64,000 nt of DNA from Monocercomonoides exilis PA203 (Eukaryota > Protista > Preaxostyla), in NCBI GenBank assembly GCA_001643675.2, contig LSRY02000013.1, positions 868,001 to 932,000 on the forward strand, read 5' to 3'. Each line of letters opens with the position of its first letter. The stretch's first letter is position 1. The notes under the pieces were generated by a model that was not told the DNA's origin, made no database searches, and saw nothing but the letters and a program-made list of their open reading frames with translations. Both the position numbers and the translations under genes were made by a program. Shown piece after piece: positions 45,401-57,463 of the stretch.

Positions 45401-45850
45401 CAGTCTAAACCGGATATAATCACATCGGTTTTTGCACAACTTTTTGTGACTATATCCGATTGTGATAATATACGATGCTGCTTTACACAGAAAAAAATAA
45501 AAATTAATTTTTGAAATAATTAATTTTGGGTCGATTTTTTTATTTTTGGAAATTCTACACAAATACACTTTTTTCACTTGCTTGAACAATTTTGATCGTA
45601 AAAATACATTATTTTGACTTATTTGAGCACATTTTTGAAAAATCAAAAAATTGAAAATTTTGATCAAAAAATCGATTTTTCAATGAAAAAATCACCCATA
45701 ATAATAAAAAATGTGATTATATATTTTCAGCCATGTGATATTATGCGATGAAAAATGAATGAAAAATAGGCCAAAAATGTCGGTGCATCGAAAAATGTGA
45801 CTATAAAAGAATGTGATTATATTCGACGTGATTATATCCGGTTTTGACTG
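45401..45850. mobile_element. 450-bp MITE of Tc1/mariner-pogo type
   Basis: TA|CAGTCTAAACCGGATATAATCACATCG ... CGACGTGATTATATCCGGTTTTGACTG|TA. TIRs are 27 bp (25/27 identical) with TA on both sides and no coding capacity. Confidence 0.9.
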
Positions 45851-46303
45851 TATCAAAAAATTTCATGGAACAAATGAAAAATGTTATTAAAGAAATATTT
45901 CTCATACAAGATGAAAATTTCTTCAAAAATTTATCATTTTCCATCGGTGGAAAAAGCGGTCGTTGGTGGGAAAAGCGGTCATTCAAGTTGTTTGAAAAGT
46001 AGAGTCTTTTGGTTAAAAACATAAATATTAAAAAAAAAATAAGAACATTCACACCTGTGAAAGTTCAACGATATATATTTTTTATTTATCTACTGGTTAT
46101 AAGACAGAAAAGTTCACTTAACCTTCGTAATTTAAACAGCAGTTTGTTCAAACTGCTTTTATCAAAAATACTTCATCGTATTGAATAATCAGAAGAAATA
46201 ACTTGAATATAATGTGATTTATTCTGGAATAGCTGTTTGGAAACAAATTTTGATCTTTTTTAATGAAACTATATCAAAAAAGTTTTTGATCGAATGAATA
46301 ATA

Positions 46304-47995
46304 ATGGACGCTACAAAAAAAATCACTCCAAACCTTCTTCATCGTTTGATGGCTACTTCCGACTTCCGAAAATATTCATCTCCATCACAAAAGATCTTCG
46401 AAATTAAAAAGAAACATGTTGTAACGTGGAAAACTGCTGTGGGATCCAAAGCTATTTCAAACGGTTCATGGGAAAGAGGAATAGCGGAGATGAAAGCAAA
46501 TCTGGAAGTGGGGAAAATTGGACGCCCATCAATAATTACAAGTGAACAACTGGAAAGAGTTGAAAACCAAGTCATCGCACTGCTGTCCGAACAAAAAATT
46601 ATCAGAGTGAAGGACATTCAATCGATGGTTTTGCGAGTTGATCTTTTTATTTTTTTGATATCTTGGTTTTTTTGGATCCAGGAAGTTTTAAATACAAGTT
46701 GTGAAAGTGACGAAGAAAGGAAAAAAGTCAATTAGAAATATGCCTTTGATCTCATAAAAAGAAGCTCGATATTAAAGGCATGCATTTCCAGGCCTATGGA
46801 AATTGCAAAAATCCGTGCGCAATCACCAGAAACAATTCGTGAATGGTTCCAAAAGTTGTCTTCCATTATAACAACCAACAACATTGATTCGACAGACATA
46901 TGCAACTTTGATGAATCCTCTGTTCGTATTGGAGAAAGAACAGAAAAGCTTATTGTTTGCCTCAAAAACCAAACGCCGCCTTCTCCTCCTGCATATCCAA
47001 AAACCGAAAATGCGACTTTATGTGTTTGCATTTGTTCCGACGGGTATCATCTTCCACATATATCAATAAACCCACGAAAAAAGATACCACAAGAGTTTTC
47101 TTTTTTGTCATCTTTTAATATATAATGAATTGGTTCTTCATTATGTTAGATAAATTCGGAAACATTTCGATTTATCATGATTCAGAAATGGATTCCGCTG
47201 ATAGCGAATATACTGATAATGTCAAAATCAAAGAAAGCTCTGTTATTATTGGACAATCACCGTTCTCATTTTGATTCGGAGGTTATTTCGTTTGCTAATC
47301 ATAACAATATCATCATCGAAACCTTTCCTCCGAATATTACACACCTTTTACAGCCGTGTGATAATTGCGTGTTTTTAAGATTAAAACTTGTTCTTCAAAA
47401 TTCATTTGTTTAACCTACAAATTAAATGACTTCTTCTTTCCGAAAAGCTTTGGCAGATGTGTTGCCAAAAGCTTTATCTGCTGCAAGTTCTCCATCTGTA
47501 ATAAAATCTGCATTTTCAAACACTGAAGTTCATCCTGTTGCTGCTGCTCCAATGTTATCCAAAGTGTGCGGCACAGCTTTTTCGTCAAAATTATCATCTT
47601 CTTCAAATTTATCAACAACAGATCTGAAGAAAAGCGTTTTTGGAGATTTTTCTTTAAAAGAAAAACGACAATGAAAAGAAAAAAGTCCACGAATACCTTC
47701 GATTGAGGTTAAGGAAATGGAAATAACACACGAAAAAGCAATTGCAAACGAAGAAAAAGGAGTAGAAGAAGAAGCAGAGCAAAACGAAAGCGAAGGATCG
47801 GAGATAATGAAGAAAAGAAAAATAAGACATCGAAAAAAAAGAATTGATGATAATTATGTTTACGGAAATGAAATCAGTTCCATTCACGAAGAAAAGGGAA
47901 CATTAACTTTTGATCAGAAAACAAAGTTAAGAACAAGAGAAAGGAGAAAAATTGAAGATGAATGCGATTCAGTTATTGAAACCACAACAATTTGA
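46304..47995 (+). pseudogene. DDE_1 (pogo/Fot/TIGD-type, DD35D) transposase pseudogene
   Basis: GRP motif, WF..L, ICNFDESSV, LLLLDNHRSH, FPPNITHLLQPCD..F..LK; 35 residues between the 2nd and 3rd Asp. Probable 54-bp intron at 46628-46681; seven internal stops. Confidence 0.9.
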
Positions 47996-48280
47996 ATGGA
48001 TCAATTTTTATTTTGAAGTTGATGCAAATGAAGATATTTATTTTTCTGAACTGCGTTAGTCTTATTTTTCCAATTCACATTTCTTTTTTAAATGAAAACA
48101 GGCTGTTGATGATATAGTTTAAGACCTTTTTTAGAATTATTTATACATATTTCTGTTCGACAAACAATAATTATCTAAATAAAAAACGCTTCAGGCCATA
48201 TCAAAAGAACAACAGGGTGGAAAAATAACATTATTTTTGTTCCTCCAACTGCCGCTTTTCCCACCAACGACAGCTTTTTC

Positions 48281-51200
48281 GGCAAGTTCCAAGTATATGG
48301 ACCATCGATAAAAAATTCTTTTCATAAAGAATACGAAAGAAAACGTCATATTAATAAATTAAAAATTAGTTTTATTTGTCGAAAATGCAATGTTAATAAC
48401 TTTCGATTTTATCATTTGATCTATCCCATTTATATTTTCAAACTTTCCTGTTTTTATTTCGTTTTAATTGTGAAGGCTTGGAGCTTTATCACATCATAAC
48501 AAGGAATAAAATAGTTTTAAATTTTTATTGATTGCAAAAAACTTTTTGATAAATTTTCACATCATCATTTTTGACTGTTATTATTTAAAACAAATAAAAT
48601 CTTTGTGCTTTCATTCTATTGAGTAAAGTTCTTTGCCAAAATTTAGGATATGAATAACATAATTTGAAAGCTTTCTTCGACAAACTGTTATTGAATTCTA
48701 TCTGATCTGCTAACAGAATTTTTTGAACTGAATTCAATTAAATAAATTTTTGGAAGCAATCCAGAAAATTGAAGAGATCAAGTATTTGCTTCTGTGCGAT
48801 ATGAAAGAGGAATGACTTGCACTGACAATGAATTTGGAAATTGAGAGGAAACAGCAGACACAACAAATAAAGATCGCTCTTTGAAGATCACTCCAATCAA
48901 TGCTGCAGCGGAGTTTGAGAAAATCTCAATTAATGATTTAACTGATTCTTGTTTTTATAAAAATAACGAAGAATACAAAGATGAAGGAGATTCAGATGAA
49001 GTCAATGCAAAAGAAATCCAAACAAATTTCTTTTCACCAAATACTTCTGCTGATGGCTGTTTCCTTGATTCCTGCAGGCGGATGGCTGAGAACGAAACAT
49101 TGCTCAAACACAAACAATGACTCTCGACACAAATTACAGTATTTGCTAACTGCGCTGGCTCTTCTGACGTGATTATGCAGTCGCCCAGCGTCAGATTTCC
49201 AATCCTCACGCCAAAGACAGAGCGATGCGCTGAAGCGAAGCTGGGGCAGAAGACGATGTCCATTCCCAAAATGTTGCACTTCTCAAACGAAGATACAACA
49301 CAATCGGTACTTCCGTACGTCTAACCAATTTTTGAGTTGAACTCAAAAACAGCTGGGCTGCCTCTAACTGTCTGCACCTTTGCTGATGAAATGGCTGTCT
49401 CCGCTGAAACAGCTGCCTTCTTCTCCACCAGCACGTTCTGGTATGGCTCGTTGTTCAGATGCCGCACAGCCTCATTCAGCGTCTCACACTAGTCTTCTCT
49501 TCGCCCACAGTCCTTCCCGTTCTTCCCGTTCTCTCCAGACACAAAAATCTGCTCTGACTTGTAGAACACAATAAATTGCACCAAATCAATTGTCCACTCG
49601 TTTTCTTTGTCCATCCCGAAGATCGCATTATTTCTGTCAAATACCAACTCACTGAAGTCCATCACAAACAGCGCCTCGTTGATCTGCTCAGCAATCGATC
49701 GGCAGACAATGAAAAGATCCTTCGCCACACTCGCTCTGTTCAAAGAAAACCGAATCAGCCGAAATTTGATTGGCAGCGCCTTCGCTTTCTCCGAAAACTG
49801 TGCATCTGAATCTTCTGGATCGTCCGGGCAGTTCAATGCAATTGCACCTCCTCTGCCTTCACTCGTTGAGCACGCACATGTCACAAAAGACGACAGATTC
49901 GCCAGCACACTGCCTTCATTTGCCCAGCTGTCAGCCAGCCCGCCCGCCTTCTCCTTCATCCACACACAAAACGCCCCTCCCAGCTGAGACTCGCTGTTGC
50001 AGTCGCTGAATGTCGAGTTGTCCTTCGTCAGCTCCACAGTCAGCTCGCTCTCATAAGAAATGATCGATGCATTCGCATTTGTGCTGCGGATGAGATGCCA
50101 CTGAAGATTCTCCAGTTTGATTTCGCTTGCTATCATTTCTTTGCCATTCTTTGATAAGACTGATTCCTCATCCCCCTTCTCTTCCGCATCTCCCACAGAA
50201 ATAAACGATCCATCTGCATAATTCAGAACATCAATAGAAGACGCACTTGCCACAAAATGTGCAGCAGGTGCTGTAAGTCGGATGGCCGATGCCGCAAAGG
50301 AAAGCTCGTCCATTTTCATTTCTGCGATCGGAAGTGTCCCAGACGAAACATGAAAAAGCACAAAAGCAACATTTTCTTCTGCTGTCTGTATCGCAAAGGA
50401 GCATTTACAAAGCGTGGCTGTTCCTGTCTCAGTGAAAAGAAGTTCTTTTTGCTATGTTTCGAAAGACGAAGGCAGGCAGAAGTTGATTGAGGTGAAAGTG
50501 AGCATAAGCTTGTTTGTAAGCACAGCCTCAGAAGGCTCAGAAAGAGATTGAATAGCTTTTCCCACATTGATTGTGCATTCATCTGACGAAGGCTCATCAG
50601 AAGAGGAAGAAGAAGAATAACCTGGTGAAGAAGGAACAGCTGGGCTTATTGAGCTGTTTGAAAGGTCCCACTCGTCTGAAATAGTAGCACTTGTGTTGAT
50701 TTTGATTTCTCTGAACTGAATTCCTTCTCTGAAATGCCTCATCCCTTCCCAAAACGACAGACAAGGCTCCGTTTCTTATCCACACCAGCGAATGTCTCTT
50801 CCACTCAACAACACGACAACAGAATTGTTTGTGTGATCAAACAGCAGCTTGTCCAATGAAATGTCTTCTGCAAAGTTCACTCCATCTAACCCAAAGAAAA
50901 CTGTTGTATTCTTCCATTCAGTCCAATCAAACATCAACCTTTCTATGAAAACTGAAGAATTCAAATCGGAGCTCAATATGAACGCGTTTCTGCCAACAAA
51001 TGCTTCATTCTCAGAAAACACCAAATCAGGTGAAGAAAAACCATCGATCAAATAATAACATCTCAGATTCAAAATCCATCCTCTTTCTTTGAAAGTCGAA
51101 CTGACATAAACAACTCAAAAATAACTCACTTCCTCATTTCATTCGCCACAATAATCATGTCTCTTCCCTGTTGTGCCCTGTTTCCTCCAACGCTTATATC

Positions 51201-51980
51201 TTAAATGAATATGTGTCATTGTTGTCTGTTGCACATGTCATATAGATTCCTCCCCCACATCCTTCAGAACTACTGCAGATCCTATCCGTCACTCCCACAT
51301 TCCTCATCTTCAGATGTCATTCTGCCACCTTCAGCTCAAAAGACATCGCTCCTCCCTTTTTGAATCCTTCAGATCCGAGTGTCTGGAACGAGCATCCAAC
51401 AACTTCGATTTCGAAGCTGTTCAAAAGATTAAATATTAAAGAACACGGATTTGAAACTCCGTTGTTGACTCTGCTGAATGAAGAAGATTACAATAGAAGA
51501 ACAAATGTTGAAAAATCCTCTTTATCTTTGTATTTTCAGTTTTTAAGTTTTTCCTTTATAAAAATTAATGCAAATAAATATTTTTATTTATGAATGTTAT
51601 TTTGCTTAAGATTCTGATTGTTCAATAGAGTGTGAATCAATATCATCGATGAAATAAACGAAAAAAGTGAATTGGGCTCATTTGTCAGAAAAAACATTGA
51701 AAAGAGCAAACATATAACGTTTTTGTATTTCTTAAAAATGAACACAACAAAAACTCGAATGAAAAAATGTGTAACGCGTTCAATTGAGAAAAAATGACAG
51801 AATAAAAAACTATAATTGTTTGAAAATATAAATGGGATAGATCAAATGATAAAATCGAAAGTTATTAACATTGCATTTTCGACAAATAAAACTAATTTTT
51901 AATTTATTAATATGACGTTTTCTTTCGTATTCTTTATGAAAAGAATTTTTTATCGATGGTCCATATACTTGGAACTTGCC
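48281..51980. mobile_element. 3,700-bp non-autonomous long-TIR element (Pack-MULE-like) with captured gene fragment
   Basis: Perfect 163-bp TIRs (48281-48443 / 51818-51980, GGCAAGTTCC...). Direct repeat GCTTTTTC at 48273-48280 and 51981-51988. No transposase recognised inside. Confidence 0.9.
49030..51470 (-). pseudogene. Frameshifted internal fragment of the giant beta-helix receptor family (TE cargo)
   Basis: FSENEAFVGRNAFILSSDLN vs FAENEAFVGKNMFILDSDLN; CSTSEGRGGAI...FSLNRASVAKDLFIVC..I..QINE..F..DF vs CSVSEGKGGGV...FRRNTASIGNDVFIVC..I..QINETQFNIDF. CG...C motifs broken by stops; no signal peptide, TM or kinase. Confidence 0.85.
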
Positions 51981-52019
51981 GCTTTTTCCACCGATGGTAT
52001 TCATTAGTGAAAAAAGGGT

Positions 52020-52020
<1 letters not shown>

Positions 52021-52065
<45 letters not shown>
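52021..52065. repeat. A45 homopolymer
   Basis: 45 consecutive A, 23 bp after the pogo right end. Confidence 0.9.
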
Positions 52066-52067
<2 letters not shown>

Positions 52068-52246
52068 CTGAGATATTGACAAAGATTTGTCCAGTTTATT
52101 TCAAATATTATTTTGATTGCAAAAATTATTATTCTGAATAATTTTCAATGGATTATGAAAAAAATATAGAATCGTATTTCGCAAAAATAAATAAAGGGAT
52201 AAAAAATTTGATTTTCTGTATTCTTAAGAAAAAAGCGTATTATTTA

Positions 52247-53190
52247 ATGCAAGAACAAGATAAGCTCCTTTCATTTTTCCACACAATAGAAAAGCTTAAA
52301 GTTTAAAAATTGCCATTGGTTTCATAAATAATATCTGCTTTAGAAATTACCTCGTACTGGATGGATGACGAGGGTCAATAATCCAGAAACAGTTTCAAGT
52401 CACATTTTCAGAACAGCTCTTTTAGGATTTGTTATTCGAGAAAAAGATATTGATTACGGCAAGTTGGCAAATGTATTTTATAATTGTTTTCAGTATTCTT
52501 TTAATAAAAACAAAGATGCATCAAAATGGGCCTCATACATGATCTTGCTGAATCTGTAATAGGCGATCTTACTCCTGACCAAGCTTTGAAAGTTGACAAG
52601 CATCAACTGGAAGCGGTTTTTTTCATGATTTTTGATTTATTTAAAGAATCCATCATTTCAGGATGGTGTCAAAAAATTATGCGAGGATCTGCCTGTAGAT
52701 GTTGGTTTGCTTTTTATTGAATAAGGGTTGATATTGTGAATGCTTTTTCAGCTGATGAATTTACCACTCTTTGGAATGAATTCGAGGTACAAGAGACATT
52801 TTGATCCTTTTTTATTTTTGCAATGAAAGGAATAAATTAAATTTATAAACAAAATTCAGGATGGTAATACGAAAGAGGCAAAGCTTGTAAGAGAATTCGA
52901 TAAGCTGGAAATGATCATGCAAGCACGCGAATACGAAATAGGTTTGCAAATCCTTTTGTTACAAGAAAAACCTCTTGCACATTGACGCAAACAATCCTTT
53001 TGCTTTGATAGATCAACCTGGCGTGAATTTAGAGACCTTTTTTGCGTCCACAGCAGATATGTTTACATTTCCGTGCACAAAGGCCTTGGATGAACGCATA
53101 AGAGCAACTAGAAGTGAACACATTAATGATCATCTTTTGCAAACAGATCAGAAAGAATCTGGATGCAAGATAGAACAGAAGACCGAATGA
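52247..53190 (+). CDS. HDDC2: HD-domain 5'-deoxynucleotidase (HDDC2/YGK1 family); 6 introns
   Basis: Spliced KLK|KLPRTGW...PETVSSHIFR...KCIKMGLIHDLAESVIGDLTP...LWNEFE|DGNTKEAKLVREFDKLEMIMQAREYE. Confidence 0.92.
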
Positions 53191-53335
53191 ATGTTAATAC
53201 ATCTTTGCTTTTATTTAGAAATTGAATAAAAAGACAAAAAATTTCTTATTATTTCTTTGTTTTATTTGCTTGATGAATAAAACTTCAAACCAAGGCAATA
53301 AAAAACATCCAAAAAGTGAAGGAAAAAAACTTCCT

Positions 53336-54312
<977 letters not shown>

Positions 54313-54505
54313 GATGATTGAACAATAACTTAAAAATTGACAGATCTCTTACCCATATTAAACATAATCAGTTATTTCTTTCAAACTTTCTCATTTAATA
54401 AAACTTAAAATTACATGCTTTCCTCCCCCTAAAATCATATCTTTTCATTTGGCGAACGAAACGACATCACATATTTTTTGTATTAATTATTTCAAAAAAT
54501 CACAC

Positions 54506-57415
54506 TCACGGGCGCCAAGGAGGCCTTCCATCAATTGAAGAGCTTTTTGGCGACTGGCTTTTTCTTGAAGGAGAGCGAGAAGTCGATTTTGACTCATTTC
54601 TGGTTGCCGGCCTGCCTAATCGATGAACATCATTGAAAGGATCACGTTTTTGATGTGAAGAAGGTGAAGTCGGAGGAGATGGCGAAGTGTTGTCTCTATC
54701 AGGCGACTGCTGTCTGAATGCATCGAATGACTTTTCATTGAGAAAGCTGTCTGGCCTGCCTCTCTTGTTTTCTTCGCCTGCTCTGTTTATTCCGTCTATT
54801 TCGTCAGCTCCGTCTCTTCCATCTCTTCTGCCCGTGGCTTGCTGTGCGCTTTGCTGCGACTGCTGCAGAAGAAGCTGCTGCCTCAGCTGGTCTTCCTTGT
54901 CAAATGCTTTGTCCTCCAAAAACGCAAAGTCCAACTCGTCTTCGACAAACTCCTCAGACTGGCGCGATCTGCGGCTGCACGCAGGACACATGTCAAATAT
55001 GTTGGCGCGGCCTCTCCTCCTCCGCTGCTGGCGCAAAGCTTCCAGCTCTTCTTCTTCTTCTTCTTCTTCTCCGTCTTCTTCAAAGTCTGAACTGGACGAG
55101 CAGCTTTCCCCGCGTTCTTTCCTCTTCTTCCTCTTTTCCATCTTCTTCTTCCTCCTCTCTTCAATCTTCCTCCTCCATTTATCGTCTTGCTCTTTCTTCA
55201 TCTGCCAGCTCTTCGTCACAATCTTCCACTCCTTCTGCTTCATCGCTGCTCGAAGCGGCAAAAAGGTCTCAAACGACAGCTGCAGCGCCACGTCCGCTGA
55301 GTTCTGGCTCTGGCTGCTTTGAGTCTTCTTGTTCTCGTTCTGCGAGAACATTCCAAGTGTCCTCATCTGCTTCAGCTGCTTTTCACGCTCGATTTCTTCG
55401 ATCGATCGGATAATCACAGACGCCCTGTGTGTTCGGTAGCTCATCCGGTTCTCAAACTGCTTCTGGCTTATCAGCTTCTTTTGCTTCTTCTTTTCTTTCT
55501 TTTCTTTCTTTTCTCGTTTCTTTTTCTCCTTTCTCTCTTTTTTCTTTTTGGAATCGCTATCTTCTTTCTCGTCTTTGCCTTCTTCTTCTCCTTCTGAACT
55601 CTTTTCATCCTTCTCACTTTCTTTATCGCTTTTCTCATCATCAGACGAACTTGACTTATCTGATTCCTCGCTTTCTTCTTTCTCCTTCTCCTTCTCTTCT
55701 TCTTCATCAGAACTGCCAAACAGCAGGCTTCTCAATGATAACGATCCCTTCCCAATCAGCTGTGGCATCCCAACTTGCCCTCCCAGTTGAATAGGACCTG
55801 TCAGTTGGTCTGTGATTGCATACACTTCCACAATCACATTGTGTGAGGCAATGCAATGGATGAAGTACGGATCCACGACCTGACGGAACAAAAAGGTCTG
55901 GTCGAATGAAACGGCTGATAGTGTTGAATAAAAAGGCTGAGATGAAAATGATGAAATGGTTGAAAAAGAAGAGGAAGAGGAAGATGAAGATGAAGTGGCT
56001 GAAGATGATGAAGACGCTGAAGGAGCAGTGCGATGCATCTTCGCCTGCGCGTCCAGCGGTTGAGAGGGCAGATAGAACGGATGCTGCGGATAGTCTGAAT
56101 GAGCCACGCCGTCTGTGATTTGAAGTGCATTCAGCGGCGTCGCAGGTGAAGTGTGTGCAGAGTCGAAGTGAAAGAAGTCGATGAGCACAAAAATAGGCAC
56201 ATTTGAAGTGAACACCCACGCCAGCGGAGGCAGAGCTTCTGCTTCGATTTCACCAGTTTCTGAATCATTTTTGACAGACATGTCATTTTGTCCTTCTGGT
56301 TGTGCTGATTTCTTCCTCAAAACAAGTCTTTCGATCGTTATTTGTGTTATGTTCTCTCTCATTGCAAGCGGCAATGCTGCCACTCCGCTCTGCCAATACA
56401 CACCTGGAGTTCGCAGATGCCGTGCCATTTCCAGTATTTCTGTCTCAATCATATTCTGCCTCCGCTTCAGTTCTGATTTTTTCAGTTCCAGCTGATGATA
56501 CTTCGTTGGCGAGATTCCGATTGCCAGTTTCGCCTTTTCCAGCTCTTCTAACAGCTTCTTTTCTCTTTCCTTCATCGCTTTTTGTTCCTTTTGCATTGCA
56601 GCCAGCCTGCGAGTCAGTTGCGCCATTTTTCTCCTTTGCTCTTCTTGTGATTTCCATTCTTTAATAAAACTATGAAATTCTTCCAGCCGAGGATGGCCTT
56701 TTAAATCAACTGAAGAATCTTCCTCTTCGTTTTCTTCTTCGTTTCCTTCTCCTTCGATATCTTCTATTTTCTCATCGGAGCCTGTTAGTTCATCCCATAT
56801 CCTGCATAAAGCAGCAATGTCAGCTGGTGATAGTGCTCTTTTTAAAAAAGCTCCTTTCCATCTTTTCAATTCTTGCTGTAGATATTTTTCATGTTGCTTT
56901 TCAAGATCTGCTTTTGCTTGAAGATGCTCTTTTTCCGCTTCAATTGTTTCAATTCGATTTTTCAATGCTTCAATTTCTTCATTCTGTTCTTCAATTTTTT
57001 TGAATGATTCTTTTTCGCTTGCTTCTGCTTTTTCTTTTATTTGATTCTTTTCTTCATTTAACGTTGTGATGACATTTTCATCATATAGCTTATCGTGCTC
57101 TAACTGCTGCCTTTCATTGAGAATTCTTTCAATTTCATCTTTCAGCTCGGCATTTTCAGCTTTCAACTGTTCGATTTGTTTTTCAAGATCGCTCAATTGC
57201 CCAGATGAATTATTGAGCAATTCTTCTTTTTGCTCGAGTTCTTCTACAAGTCTCCGATGATTTTCCTCTAATTCTATAAATCTGTCCTGCAGTTCTTTCA
57301 TTTGAGTCATTTGTTGTGACAACGTGATATACATTCCTGCCATATCATCTTTTCTTTCCGCCTCATTTATTTTTTGCATGGCCTTTGTCGTCGAACCGAG
57401 AGGACGGGTATGATT
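54506..57415 (-). CDS. Coiled-coil plus C2-domain protein resembling RPGRIP1/RPGRIP1L (transition zone)
   Basis: N-terminal coiled coil, then ENITQITIERL...PIFVLIDFFHFDSAHTSP...FDQTFLFRQVVDPYFIHCI...IVEVYA...IGKGSLSLRSLL, resembling the RPGRIP1-type first C2 domain. First ATG at 57415. Confidence 0.6.
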   Translation of the reverse strand, partial: NHTRPLGSTTKAMQKINEAERKDDMAGMYITLSQQMTQMKELQDRFIELEENHRRLVEELEQKEELLNNSSGQLSDLEKQIEQLKAENAELKDEIERILNERQQLEHDKLYDENVITTLNEEKNQIKEKAEASEKESFKKIEEQNEEIEALKNRIETIEAEKEHLQAKADLEKQHEKYLQQELKRWKGAFLKRALSPADIAALCRIWDELTGSDEKIEDIEGEGNEEENEEEDSSVDLKGHPRLEEFHSFIKEWKSQEEQRRKMAQLTRRLAAMQKEQKAMKEREKKLLEELEKAKLAIGISPTKYHQLELKKSELKRRQNMIETEILEMARHLRTPGVYWQSGVAALPLAMRENITQITIERLVLRKKSAQPEGQNDMSVKNDSETGEIEAEALPPLAWVFTSNVPIFVLIDFFHFDSAHTSPATPLNALQITDGVAHSDYPQHPFYLPSQPLDAQAKMHRTAPSASSSSSATSSSSSSSSSFSTISSFSSQPFYSTLSAVSFDQTFLFRQVVDPYFIHCIASHNVIVEVYAITDQLTGPIQLGGQVGMPQLIGKGSLSLRSLLFGSSDEEEEKEKEKEESEESDKSSSSDDEKSDKESEKDEKSSEGEEEGKDEKEDSDSKKKKERKEKKKREKKEKKEKKKQKKLISQKQFENRMSYRTHRASVIIRSIEEIEREKQLKQMRTLGMFSQNENKKTQSSQSQNSADVALQLSFETFLPLRAAMKQKEWKIVTKSWQMKKEQDDKWRRKIEERRKKKMEKRKKRKERGESCSSSSDFEEDGEEEEEEEELEALRQQRRRRGRANIFDMCPACSRRSRQSEEFVEDELDFAFLEDKAFDKEDQLRQQLLLQQSQQSAQQATGRRDGRDGADEIDGINRAGEENKRGRPDSFLNEKSFDAFRQQSPDRDNTSPSPPTSPSSHQKRDPFNDVHRLGRPATRNESKSTSRSPSRKSQSPKSSSIDGRPPWRP

Positions 57416-57463
57416 CATTTCTTTTGAATTGAACAAAAATATATTTATGGTGTTGATCTTGAG

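Larger units (their letters stand above)
45941..51997 (+). mobile_element. pogo/Fot-like DNA transposon (~2.35 kb when reconstructed) whose right TIR is interrupted by a 3.7-kb insertion
   Basis: Left TIR CCATCGGTGGAAAAAGCGGTCGTTGGTGGGAAAAGCGG (45941-45978). Right TIR is 48252-48280 plus 51989-51997 (1 mismatch), followed by TA. The left flank is TT rather than TA. Confidence 0.85.

Noticed and set aside
46304-47995. Non-canonical genetic code (TAA/TAG=Gln, known in some oxymonads) as the explanation of the transposase stops
   Set aside because: TGA stops are also present and one TAG sits at an expected Trp. Host genes here end in TAG (RIO1, DPM1) or TAA, and the 3,000-aa ORFs have no internal TAR.
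52021-52065. Poly(A) tail of a retroelement or processed pseudogene
   Set aside because: No upstream body, polyadenylation context or TSD; homopolymers are common in this genome.
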